DNA of 45,530 bases from Candidatus Krumholzibacteriia bacterium (GTDB taxonomy: Bacteria; Krumholzibacteriota; Krumholzibacteriia; LZORAL124-64-63). A program made the translations under genes and the position numbers. The stretch is taken from assembly GCA_036351155.1 (NCBI GenBank), contig JAZBOO010000206.1:1-45530 (forward strand), read 5' to 3'. Shown here in pieces: positions 18,820 through 27,874 of the stretch. Positions within the stretch are counted from its first letter, which is position 1. Each line of letters opens with the position of its first letter. The notes below the pieces were generated by a model. The model had not been told where the DNA came from and ran no database searches. It worked only from the letters and a program-made list of their open reading frames with translations.

Positions 18820-19175
18820 CAAGAAACCACCCGACCGATCCTCCTTGAGAAACTACGAGGGGGATCGGTTTCTTCTCGTACAGGAGTGGTTCGGTCGGGT
18901 GAAAAGCTGGTTCTGAAATGCGGGCGCAAAGGAGATCAAGGTCACTTCCGCTGGTCCGGAATCTTTACCGGGGGGGCATGTTACCCGGATAAAATCCCGA
19001 ACCTTGGATTCGACGCTCACGGGGGATCCTCAAGGCGACCAGGTGAAACGGATCCGATCCCGTGAGGCGCCGAACGTGGCAACTTGATCTCCCGTGCCAC
19101 CCAGGTCCATCCCGACAGGTGCGCTGTCGCTCGAACCTTGCTCGTGCCGACGGGGTGCGTCAGCGCTCACGAGGG
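18820..19175 (-). ncRNA. Candidate structured non-coding RNA (unassigned family)
   Basis: Nested stems, repeated CAAGGTTCG...GGACC module, most stem mismatches read as G-U on the minus strand, no credible ORF. Confidence 0.5.
18828..18901. terminator. Overlapping hairpins; probable bidirectional terminator
   Basis: ACCGATCCTCC/GGGGGATCGGT followed by TTCTT on the plus strand; CACCCGACCGA/TCGGTCGGGTG followed by GTTTCTT on the minus strand. Confidence 0.6.
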
Positions 19176-19176
19176 G

Positions 19177-19232
19177 AATTAACCAAAATTCTTCCGGAGA
19201 AGCCTGAAGGAGAGCTTAAGGTTAGCTGAGGG
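19177..19232 (-). promoter_or_regulatory. Phased direct repeats (OmpR/PhoB-type boxes) plus candidate -10
   Basis: Minus strand CCCTCAG, CCTTAAG, CCTTCAG at exact 11-bp period; TTAATT at 19182-19177. Confidence 0.5.
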
Positions 19233-19262
19233 ATGATCGATTTCTTCTGATATTATTTAAAG

Positions 19263-21464
19263 TCAATGAGTTAAAGAATTATTTTTTTCTCCAAAAAACG
19301 GGAGAATCATCAGGTCGCCCGCCATTTCACCCGTTCTGGGATAGTAGATGGCCCGCCCATCCGGGGCAACCTCCAGGCCCGAGCCGGCAAAATCCGGTAA
19401 ATCCGTGAGGAAAGCCGACCCGCCGGTGACCAGATCTCGGCGTCCCAGGATGGCGCTCGGACCCGATCGCAGAACCCAGAAGAGGGCCCGGTCACGCACC
19501 AGCCAGTTGTCCCGGTCGGCACTGGCCAGATCCGGGATCACCAGCAGGGGCGCGGCCGCGGGATCGTCCAGGCTGATCTGCCAGATCCCCTCCCGATCGG
19601 GCCGGACATGGTACAAGATTTGCCCCCGGGCACCGAACCGGGCGGTGATTCCGCCCCTGGAGGTCAAGGCCGTTTCTTCCCCCGCTTGCAGCTCCCGACG
19701 GTACACCTGCCAGCCCTCATCACCTTTGCGGGCGAAGGCCAGGGCCTTTCCGTCCGGCACCCAGTCGGCCAGGATTTCCTGGCTCCCGGCCGGAGTGAAG
19801 GGCCGGGGCTCCGCCCCGTTGACCGAGGCCAGCCAGATCCGTTGCCGCCCCCCTTCGATCAGATTGTAGGCCAGCATGGTGCCCTGGGGATTCCAGCGCA
19901 AACCGCTCAGGGCATCGGCACGGTGGGATGTCAACCGTTGCAGGCTCTCTCCCCCTTCATCGGTCAACCAGATTTCCGGGCTTCCCGACCGGGCCGAGAT
20001 CACCGCCACCTGTGCGCCACCTGGACTGACGGCGGCCTCGAATTCCCACCGGGTGGACTGCAGAAAGGGCGCGGTGGCCACCTGCCGGGGCTCCTCGGCC
20101 AGCACCTTGATCCGCCACAGGTCCTGATCCATGCGGACCTGCTCGAAGGCCAGTTCACCCGTTTGCCGGGCGACAGTGGGATGCCAGGCAAAATCACCCC
20201 CCGTGGGGATCAACGTGACCTGGCCGGTCTCCAGCTCGATTTGCCACAAACGGAAATACCCGCCCGGTGAAGCCGAATAGACCACCGAACGGCCATCCGA
20301 AGCCCAGGCCAGACCCTGCACGCCGGTGAGCGGCTCGGTCACCAGATCGGAGGACTCACCCGAGGCCGAACCCACGACCACCACACAGGCTCCGTCCTGA
20401 TCCATGCTCATCCAGGCCAGCTGTCGACCATCAGGAGAAAAGCGCGGCATGAAGTCCCCGGCCTGGGCTTCCCGGTAGGGGGGCATCACCTGAACCGTCA
20501 GATCCGCCAGGGTGAGCCGGTGCAGGCGATACTCGCCCGAGGCCTCATCGCGCGCCGCATAAACCAGGGTTTCTCCGTCGGGAGACCAGTCCAGGCCATC
20601 GACCAGCGAGGACACACCGCGCAGTGTGCGCACCGCCCCCCCCAGTGAGGGAATGGTGCACAGGGCAGGACCCTCCGCCCCCCCCTTGACGAAGGCCAAG
20701 GTCTGCCCATCGGGAGACCAGGCGGGCCAGGCCGCCCAGCCGGGTCCGGTGGTCAGCTGCAGAGCCGCTTCGTTGTTCCTTTGCTTGATGAACAGGTCGG
20801 AATGATCTGAACCGGGCAACCGCCGGATGAAGGACACCCGGGTGCCGTCCGGGGAAAGAGCGGGGTGCCATTCGCGGCCCGGATAGCTGGTCAGAGGAAG
20901 GGCCTGGGGTGATTCCCCGGGGCCGCTGGTTCTGTCCTGGGGCCCGGACGACCAGGGCCGCCACCAGAACACCGCCACCAAGGCCAGCAGCAACAAGGGG
21001 CCCAGCCAGGGCAGGACCCGAAACTTGCGGGGCGCGGGCACAGGCTCCGGCTCCTCAGGTTCAGCAATGACCGGCTCCGGCTCCGGCGGGGACGCCACCA
21101 TATCCACCGCTGGTTCCGACTGCTCCGGCGACACCGACTGAACCTCGGTGATCAGGCGATACCCGTGATTGCGAATGGTTTCGATGTACCGGGGATTGCG
21201 GGCGCTGTCGCCGAACACCCGCCGCAGTTCGCTGATCGCCCGCGTCAGAATTTCCTCGCCCACCACGGTATCGGACCACACCAGATCCAGCAGCTGATGG
21301 CGGGTCAACACCGAGCCGGGGCTCTCGGCCAGGCACAGGAGGACCTTCATCACCCGGGGCTCGACCTGCACCGATCCATCAGGACCCTCCAGGCGGTTCA
21401 GGTCCGGACGCACCAGCCAGGGTCCAAGGCGAAAGGGAGGAACAAACGGGTCGGGTTGGTTCAT
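19263..21464 (-). CDS. CadC-like membrane regulator: winged HTH + TM + TolB/PD40 beta-propeller
   Basis: EPRVMKVLLCL, LTRAISELRRVFGD, YIETIRNHGYRL; TM; repeated SPDG motifs. Confidence 0.9.
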   Translation of the reverse strand: MNQPDPFVPPFRLGPWLVRPDLNRLEGPDGSVQVEPRVMKVLLCLAESPGSVLTRHQLLDLVWSDTVVGEEILTRAISELRRVFGDSARNPRYIETIRNHGYRLITEVQSVSPEQSEPAVDMVASPPEPEPVIAEPEEPEPVPAPRKFRVLPWLGPLLLLALVAVFWWRPWSSGPQDRTSGPGESPQALPLTSYPGREWHPALSPDGTRVSFIRRLPGSDHSDLFIKQRNNEAALQLTTGPGWAAWPAWSPDGQTLAFVKGGAEGPALCTIPSLGGAVRTLRGVSSLVDGLDWSPDGETLVYAARDEASGEYRLHRLTLADLTVQVMPPYREAQAGDFMPRFSPDGRQLAWMSMDQDGACVVVVGSASGESSDLVTEPLTGVQGLAWASDGRSVVYSASPGGYFRLWQIELETGQVTLIPTGGDFAWHPTVARQTGELAFEQVRMDQDLWRIKVLAEEPRQVATAPFLQSTRWEFEAAVSPGGAQVAVISARSGSPEIWLTDEGGESLQRLTSHRADALSGLRWNPQGTMLAYNLIEGGRQRIWLASVNGAEPRPFTPAGSQEILADWVPDGKALAFARKGDEGWQVYRRELQAGEETALTSRGGITARFGARGQILYHVRPDREGIWQISLDDPAAAPLLVIPDLASADRDNWLVRDRALFWVLRSGPSAILGRRDLVTGGSAFLTDLPDFAGSGLEVAPDGRAIYYPRTGEMAGDLMILPFFGEKNNSLTH

Positions 21465-21641
21465 TTATACTGGTTCCCCAGCGGGTTGGTGGTGTGAAGT
21501 GTGGATTTCAATATAGGGGATTTCGGGACTTCCGGTCATCCTCGTTTTTCCCACCTGATCAGAACTGGTCATCGTCGAGGGGAAATGGTATGAACATTCC
21601 GTGCAATGCATGACCTTCACCACCGGCCACAAGGGGATGAC

Positions 21642-22247
21642 ATGGCCTGGAAATTTTTTGATGACCCCCGCGTCCAGAAGGGCCTGGACCACGACCGCTA
21701 CATGGCGCTGCTGGAAGAGCAAGCGGCCCAGCCCACCGAGGACCTGGACGAGGAAGCCGCCCAGCTCATCGAATACACACAGCTGAACCTGCATCGCAGC
21801 CAGCGCATCTTGCGCACCTACCAGATGGCGCCCCAGCTCGAGGCCTGTCTCGGCCGGATCACTGCCCCTCAGCTGTGGCTGGTGGTGACCGAACCCTGGT
21901 GCGGCGACTCGGCCCAGTGCCTGCCCTACATCACGGTGATGGCCCGGAGTAACCCGAACATCACCCTGCGCCTGGTCACCCGGGACGACAACCTGGACAT
22001 CATGGACGAGTTCCTGACCCACGGGAAGCGCGCCATCCCCCGGCTTGCGGTTTTCGATGCCGAGGGCACCCAGCTTTTCACCTGGGGCCCGCGGCCCTAC
22101 GCCGCTCAGAAGGTGTTTGACCAGGCCAAGGCCGAGGAAATGGACAAGCCCGAGCTTCTGGAACGGCTGCACCTTTTCTATGGACGCGACCGAGGCAAAG
22201 CTCTGGAAAAGGAATTCATCGCCCTGCTGGAGGGATTGACCGGCTGA
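21642..22247 (+). CDS. Thioredoxin-family protein (WCGDS type)
   Basis: TEPWCGDS, RDDN, RAIP, WGPRP. Confidence 0.85.
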   Translation: MAWKFFDDPRVQKGLDHDRYMALLEEQAAQPTEDLDEEAAQLIEYTQLNLHRSQRILRTYQMAPQLEACLGRITAPQLWLVVTEPWCGDSAQCLPYITVMARSNPNITLRLVTRDDNLDIMDEFLTHGKRAIPRLAVFDAEGTQLFTWGPRPYAAQKVFDQAKAEEMDKPELLERLHLFYGRDRGKALEKEFIALLEGLTG

Positions 22248-23824
22248 TGATCATCTACCGGGACGACAGCTGGCTGGTGGTGGACAAGCCCGAGGGCCTG
22301 GCCACGCACGCCGGAGCACCCGGTGAGCTGGGCGCGGTCGAGTGGATCGCCCTGCACCTGGACATCCAGACCCACGTGGTGTCGCGCCTGGACCGGGGCA
22401 CCAGCGGACTCCTGTTGCTGGCCCTGCACAAGGAGGCTTCGGCCCGGGCCCAGGTGATCCACGAGTCCGACGAGGCCATCAAGGTCTATGAATTCATTTC
22501 CCATCAGTGTTCCCCGGAAGAGAAATGGATCTGCGAGGAGCCGCTGGACGGCAAGGCCGCCACCACCCGCTTCTCCCGCCTGAGCGAGGAGGAGATGGAC
22601 GCCGGACCCCAGGGTCCGGTCCGCATCTACCGCTATCGGGCGCGCATCAGTCGGGGGCGCAGGCACCAGGTGCGGCGGCACGCGGCACTGGGGGGAGCCC
22701 CCATCCTGGGCGATTTGACCTACGGCGGGCGGACATTTCCCCGGGTTTGCCTGCACTGTGCGCAGGTGCGGTGGCCCGACATACCGCAGCCCCTGACCAG
22801 CGAACTGCCCCATTCCTTCCGCGCCGTCAGCCGGGGCGATGGGTCCGCATCCCGACTGGGTCTGGCCCTGTGTCGTGACCGCCGCGGCGACTGGCTTCAG
22901 CAGGTCACCAACGCCTTCCGCGTGGTCCATCGCGGCGAGATCGAAAACCTGCCCGCCAGCGTCGATGTGTTCGGTGACTATTTCAGCGCCGTCTGGTACG
23001 ACCAGACCGCCTACCCCCGCAAGGCCGCCAACCGGCTGGATCCGGTGCTGAAGCAGATCATGCTGGCCTACAAGCTGAAGGGCGGGGTGGTGCGCAATCA
23101 TCAGCGCAATCCCCATGAGAAATCTCTGGTGGCCACCGTGCGCACCCTGGGTGAGGAGCCCCCCGGGGTATTCGAGGTGCAAGAGCACGGATTGCGTTAC
23201 CAGGTGAACCTCCAGTCCACCCAGCACACCGGCCTTTTTCTGGACCAGCGGGACACCCGGCGTCGCCTCATGCCTGCAGCGACCGGCAAGCGGGTGGTCA
23301 ACCTGTTCGCTTTCACCTGTTCGTTCGCCGTGGTGGCCGCGGCGGCCCGTTGCGAGGTGGTGTTTTCCCTGGACACGGCCAAGGCCTGCCTGAACACGGG
23401 CAAGGCCAACTTCGCGCTCAACGATCTGGCCGAAACCGGGCGGGGCAAGTTCGTCCAGGAAGATGCCCGCAAGTGGATCGGCCGACAGACCCGCAAGCTG
23501 AAAGAGCAGCCCGACACCACCCCGCGCTGGGATCTGGTCATCTGCGATCCGCCCGTGTTTGCCTCTTCCCGGGACGGCGGGCAATTCTCGGTGGAAAAGG
23601 AATGGCCCTGGCTGGCCGAGAATCTGGCCTCCATCATGGCGGAGGATGGTCAGGCTGTGTTCGCCAACAATCATCGGGGCGGCAAGCATCAGTTCTATCG
23701 GAACAGCCTGGAGAAACATTTTGCCGAGGTGGTGGATCTGCGGCCGCCCCTCGACTTTCCCGTGGCCGAGGGACGGCCGCACCATGTGCGGATTTTCTGG
23801 TGCCGAAAAACAGCCTCGACCTGA
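22247..23824 (+). CDS. RluA-family pseudouridine synthase fused to an RlmK/RlmI-like SAM methyltransferase
   Basis: VDKPEG, SRLDRGTSG, GRRHQVRRH, PILGD; TGLFLDQR, NLFAFT, DPPVF. Confidence 0.88.
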   Translation: MIIYRDDSWLVVDKPEGLATHAGAPGELGAVEWIALHLDIQTHVVSRLDRGTSGLLLLALHKEASARAQVIHESDEAIKVYEFISHQCSPEEKWICEEPLDGKAATTRFSRLSEEEMDAGPQGPVRIYRYRARISRGRRHQVRRHAALGGAPILGDLTYGGRTFPRVCLHCAQVRWPDIPQPLTSELPHSFRAVSRGDGSASRLGLALCRDRRGDWLQQVTNAFRVVHRGEIENLPASVDVFGDYFSAVWYDQTAYPRKAANRLDPVLKQIMLAYKLKGGVVRNHQRNPHEKSLVATVRTLGEEPPGVFEVQEHGLRYQVNLQSTQHTGLFLDQRDTRRRLMPAATGKRVVNLFAFTCSFAVVAAAARCEVVFSLDTAKACLNTGKANFALNDLAETGRGKFVQEDARKWIGRQTRKLKEQPDTTPRWDLVICDPPVFASSRDGGQFSVEKEWPWLAENLASIMAEDGQAVFANNHRGGKHQFYRNSLEKHFAEVVDLRPPLDFPVAEGRPHHVRIFWCRKTAST

Positions 23825-23825
23825 C

Positions 23826-24686
23826 CTACTCGTGCTTGATCAGGCCGGCCTCCAGGGCGTTGACCATCTCGTCGTAGGTGGCGGCCAGCTGGTCACGGTA
23901 CGGCTCGAGCGACATCTGAAGGGCCGTGGGCATTCCTGTTTCCCACAGAATGCGTAAACTTTCGCTTTCCATCAGAGCAATCTCGGCCTCCAGCTGGTCA
24001 CGGATCTCGGCTTCGTCGCCCCGGCTGTCCAGCGCCGCCAGCTGGTTGCGTGCCATCGACAGCTGAATGCCATGGAGGTAGCGCCGGACCTGCTTTTCCC
24101 GCTCCACCCGGGTGTCCTCGCTGCTCCCCTCGGAGGTTTCCCAGCGGAAGCCATCGTTCTCCTCGCCGTCTTCACCCGACATGGTGAAACCGGGCCCGTC
24201 GGCCATGTCCCTGCCCAGCAGATTGTAATAAGCCAGGCTGTATATATACGCGTACTCGCCCAGGCCCATGCCTTGATCCAGGAGCGTCTGGTTTCGCTGG
24301 CCGACGAACTTCATCATGCCCGGAATCAGTTCCATGCCGGCCTTGGCCTTTTCAATGAAGTTGGGTGAGCGGCCGTCCACTTCCTGGCCGTCGAGGATGC
24401 GCAGGATGTCCCCCGCTTCCTTGCGCTCGGCCGTCAAAGCCTCACGAACCGCCAGAAACACCATCATGCGATGAGCAGGAATGGCTCCGTCTGGGGCGGG
24501 CACGAACTCGGCAGGTCGGCCATAGCTGGCATCCAGCTCCTCGAAGCTGGCCTCGATGTCTTCCCCGTGATCCACGGCCTGCTTGATACCCAGATAGCTG
24601 ACGGTACCGATGCCCCCCAGAATGAGCAGGAACAACCCGCAACCAATACCACAACCGATGAACCATTTCTTTGCGGCGCCTGCCAT
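23826..24686 (-). CDS. Hypothetical membrane-anchored protein
   Basis: N-terminal KKWFIGCGIGCG + TM, helical body; RBS AAGGAG. Confidence 0.75.
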   Translation of the reverse strand: MAGAAKKWFIGCGIGCGLFLLILGGIGTVSYLGIKQAVDHGEDIEASFEELDASYGRPAEFVPAPDGAIPAHRMMVFLAVREALTAERKEAGDILRILDGQEVDGRSPNFIEKAKAGMELIPGMMKFVGQRNQTLLDQGMGLGEYAYIYSLAYYNLLGRDMADGPGFTMSGEDGEENDGFRWETSEGSSEDTRVEREKQVRRYLHGIQLSMARNQLAALDSRGDEAEIRDQLEAEIALMESESLRILWETGMPTALQMSLEPYRDQLAATYDEMVNALEAGLIKHE

Positions 24687-24864
24687 GACGAACTCCTTGG
24701 GAAGGGTTGCGAGAGGGGGAACAAGCCTCTTACCCCGGATCTAACACCATTATTCGCTCTTGATAAAGTTAAAACGGGTTGCCGCGCACCGTTGATGAAG
24801 CGAATATAGACCTCGTACAATCTCCCCGGGCCCATCCGGGCCTTATCTGAACGGAAAGGTTTCC

Positions 24865-26544
24865 ATGGCTCAGCAGTACATTTACACCATGCAAGGTCTG
24901 AAGAAGATCGTGCCCCCCAACCGCGAAATCCTCAAGGGCATCTGGCTGTCCTTCTTCCCCGGGGCCAAGATCGGCGTCATCGGCCTGAACGGTGCAGGCA
25001 AGTCCACCCTCCTGAAGATCATGGCCGGCCTGGACGACGACTTCATCGGCGAGGCCAAGCCCGACCCCTCCGTGAAGGTGGGCTACCTGGCCCAGGAACC
25101 CGAGCTGGATCCGACCAAGGACGTCAAGGGCAACATCGAGGAAGCGGTGAGCGAGCTGAAGGGCAAGGTCGACCGCTTCAACGAGATCAGCATGAAGATG
25201 TGTGAACCCATCGACGACGACGAGATGAACAAGCTCATGGAAGAGATGGGCAAGCTGCAGGATCAGATCGACGCCCAGAACGGCTGGGACCTGGATCGCC
25301 ACCTGGAAATCGCCATGGACGCCCTGCGCTGTCCCCCCGGCGATGCCGACGTGACCAAGCTGTCCGGCGGTGAAAAGCGCCGCGTGGCCCTGTGCCGCCT
25401 GCTGCTGGAAAAGCCCGACCTGCTGTTGCTGGACGAGCCCACCAACCACCTGGACGCCGAGTCGGTGGCCTGGCTGGAACGGCATCTGCGCGAGTACGAA
25501 GGCACGGTGGTCCTGGTCACCCACGATCGCTACTTCCTGGACAACGTGACCGGCTGGATCCTTGAGCTCGAAGGGGGCATGGGCATTCCCTGGGAAGGCA
25601 ACTACTCCAGCTGGCTGGCCCAGAAACAGGACAAGCTGCGCGAGCTGGAGAAGAAGGACAACAAGCGCCTGAAGACCCTGGAGCGCGAGCTGGAATGGGT
25701 CAGCTCATCCCAGAAGGCCCGGCAGAAGAAGAGCAAGGCCCGTGTCGAGCGTTACGAGGACCTGGTCAACCAGGACCGGGACATGCAGCAGCAGACCGCC
25801 CAGATCCGGATTCCCGCCGGCGAACGCCTGGGCAACATCGTGGTCAAGGCCGAGAAGGTCAGCAAGGCCTACGGGGACAAGCTCCTGTTCGATGATCTGA
25901 ACTTCCAGCTGCCCCGCGGCGGCATCGTCGGGGCCATCGGTCCCCACGGCGCAGGCAAGACCACCCTGCTGAACATGATCACCGGCAAGGAAACTCCGGA
26001 CAGCGGTAAGCTGACCATCGGCGAAACGGTCCAGCTGGCCTATGTGGACCAGGGCCGTGATGACCTCGATGCGGAGAAAACCGTCTGGGAAAACATCAGC
26101 GAGGGGGCCGAGGAGCTGGACCTGGGCGGCGTCAAGGTCAACAGCCGCGCCTATTGCTCGGGCTTCAACTTCAAGGGGCACGAGCAGCAGCGCAAGGTGG
26201 GCACCCTGTCCGGCGGCGAGCGCAACCGGGTGCATCTGGCCCGCCTGCTCAAGAGCGGAGCCAACCTGATCATGCTCGATGAGCCCACCAACGACCTGGA
26301 CGTGGACACCTTGCGTGCCCTGGAAGACGCCCTGATCGCCTTCGGCGGCTGCCTGGTGGTGGTCAGCCATGATCGCTGGTTCCTGGACCGCATCTGCACC
26401 CACACCCTGGCCTTCGAGGGCGACAGCAACGTGGCCTGGTACGAGGGCACCTACAGCGAGTACGAGGCCCATCGCAAGGCTCTGCTGGGTGAGGATGCGG
26501 ATCAGCCGCATCGGATCAAGTACCGGAAGTTGACCCGAGACTAG
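24865..26544 (+). CDS. ettA: Energy-dependent translational throttle ABC-F protein EttA
   Basis: [15 protein letters not shown], two ABC cassettes, [13 protein letters not shown]-terminal PHRIKY. Confidence 0.96.
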   Translation: MAQQYIYTMQGLKKIVPPNREILKGIWLSFFPGAKIGVIGLNGAGKSTLLKIMAGLDDDFIGEAKPDPSVKVGYLAQEPELDPTKDVKGNIEEAVSELKGKVDRFNEISMKMCEPIDDDEMNKLMEEMGKLQDQIDAQNGWDLDRHLEIAMDALRCPPGDADVTKLSGGEKRRVALCRLLLEKPDLLLLDEPTNHLDAESVAWLERHLREYEGTVVLVTHDRYFLDNVTGWILELEGGMGIPWEGNYSSWLAQKQDKLRELEKKDNKRLKTLERELEWVSSSQKARQKKSKARVERYEDLVNQDRDMQQQTAQIRIPAGERLGNIVVKAEKVSKAYGDKLLFDDLNFQLPRGGIVGAIGPHGAGKTTLLNMITGKETPDSGKLTIGETVQLAYVDQGRDDLDAEKTVWENISEGAEELDLGGVKVNSRAYCSGFNFKGHEQQRKVGTLSGGERNRVHLARLLKSGANLIMLDEPTNDLDVDTLRALEDALIAFGGCLVVVSHDRWFLDRICTHTLAFEGDSNVAWYEGTYSEYEAHRKALLGEDADQPHRIKYRKLTRD

Positions 26545-26710
26545 GTTCTGAGCAGACAGAGGCCCTGATTCCTGGTGGACGTTCGGCTGCGGCATCCTGC
26601 CTGCGCCGAACTTGGCTTGCGGTGTCCTTCGCCATCCATGGCTACGGACACCTCCAGACACCACCATGAACCAGGGCCTCTGTCTATCCAGAACCTGGTC
26701 TCCCGTCAAC
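26529..26710. repeat. Long inverted-repeat element overlapping the ettA 3' end
   Basis: 50-bp arms 26529-26578 and 26661-26710, 42/50 complementary, with internal hairpins. Confidence 0.85.
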
Positions 26711-26727
26711 CACCTGTGTCTGGGGTG

Positions 26728-26762
26728 AAAAAGAGGCGGCCACCCCGAAGGGAGGCCGCCTT
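26728..26762 (-). terminator. Intrinsic terminator
   Basis: AGGCGGCC..CCC-TTCG-GGG..GGCCGCCT followed by a T-run on the minus strand. Confidence 0.8.
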
Positions 26763-26790
26763 GCTCATCAGCTCAGCAAATCAGCGAAAT

Positions 26791-27702
26791 TTACCGGTAC
26801 AGGGCCTTCAGACCGTCGAAGGACACGGGGTCCGTGGCCACGACGCCGTCAGTGGTCACTTCCCAGATACCTTCACCAGTACTGCTGTAGCCATCAAAGA
26901 TCATGTAGTAGCGACCGGGGTTCTCGCCCGCGTCGAAGATGATCATCTCGGGCTCACCATAAACATCATCGCCGGCCATACAGCTACCCACCACGTCACC
27001 ACAATCGGTCACCAGGTAGATGGACGTGTCGTAGGACGAGGAAGCCGAGATGGTGAACTGCTGGTCGGCAATCAGATCCACGTAGTAAACCACGTCGATA
27101 CCCACAGCAGCGTAGCCCGTGCAGCCATCGGAAGTCGGGTCGTAGTCATTGGTCGCGCCACAGTTGTCGAAGGTGAAGGTCTCGCCCAGAGGCAGAGGCA
27201 GGGCGCCTTCACAGGTGTTGTTCGCGGGGGTAGGGCAAGGAGGATCAGCCTCGGTGGCGGTCAGGATGTAGGTCCCCTCGTAAGTAGCACCGTAACCGAT
27301 CACCTGCACGAAATAAGTGCCATCAGCCGTGAAAGCGTAGGTGATCAGGCTGTAGTAGCCTTCGCCGCCATCGTCGTCGTAATCCAGCTGAGTCACACCG
27401 TCGACATCGAACAGGTACATCTTGGTGTCACCGATGTCGCCAGCGAGGGTTTCGAACGTGATTTCCATTCCGGCCGTGGCCGTGAATGCAAAGAAGTCCA
27501 TTTCACCGGCGGGGTCAATGGCGGCCGTCATGTCGTCACCGACAACCAGGGGGTTGGCGGTCAGGTAATCGTCATTGGGCTCGGCTTCGGCGGCCCGACC
27601 GTTGGCATTGTAAGGAGTGACGGGTTTTTCCAGCACCGGCTTCGCCAATGCGATACCAGCCACCATCATCACAGCCATCAGGGCGATAACAAACTTCTTC
27701 AT
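26791..27702 (-). CDS. Secreted acidic protein with pre-peptidase C-terminal (PPC)-like domain and C-terminal sorting-like motif
   Basis: Signal peptide; EAEPND, DFFAF, DTKMYL, DDDGG, GTYFVQV; Cys pairs; ends SFDGLKALYR. Confidence 0.8.
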   Translation of the reverse strand: MKKFVIALMAVMMVAGIALAKPVLEKPVTPYNANGRAAEAEPNDDYLTANPLVVGDDMTAAIDPAGEMDFFAFTATAGMEITFETLAGDIGDTKMYLFDVDGVTQLDYDDDGGEGYYSLITYAFTADGTYFVQVIGYGATYEGTYILTATEADPPCPTPANNTCEGALPLPLGETFTFDNCGATNDYDPTSDGCTGYAAVGIDVVYYVDLIADQQFTISASSSYDTSIYLVTDCGDVVGSCMAGDDVYGEPEMIIFDAGENPGRYYMIFDGYSSTGEGIWEVTTDGVVATDPVSFDGLKALYR

Positions 27703-27874
27703 CGTGTTCCCCTCCCAGGAAAATCCACGTTCTTGAAAACCAGGGAATAAGGGCGAAATATTCCCACGAAAGAAAAATCTTACCATGAACGTAGATTTTT
27801 TACAATCCTCATTCCCTTTTTTTAGTTTTTTGCCCGACATTTCGACCTTTTTCAGGAAAATTTATTTATTCGAA

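Noticed and set aside
18895..18945. GGGCGCAAAG resembling the c-di-GMP-I riboswitch
   Set aside because: The upstream GGCAAACC stem and the downstream P2 elements are missing, and no gene follows on the plus strand
18970..19025. GGATTCGAC resembling the tmRNA 5' end
   Set aside because: No GGGG start at the right distance, no T-arm/CCA 3' end and no tag reading frame
19030..19110. 26-codon minus-strand ORF MDLGGTGDQ... inside the candidate RNA
   Set aside because: No RBS and no recognisable peptide features; cannot be fully excluded without ribosome profiling
25939..25965. Second Walker A of EttA reads GPHGAGKT instead of GPNGAGKT
   Set aside because: A variable position; GxxGxGKT is intact, so a single substitution or base error is enough to explain it
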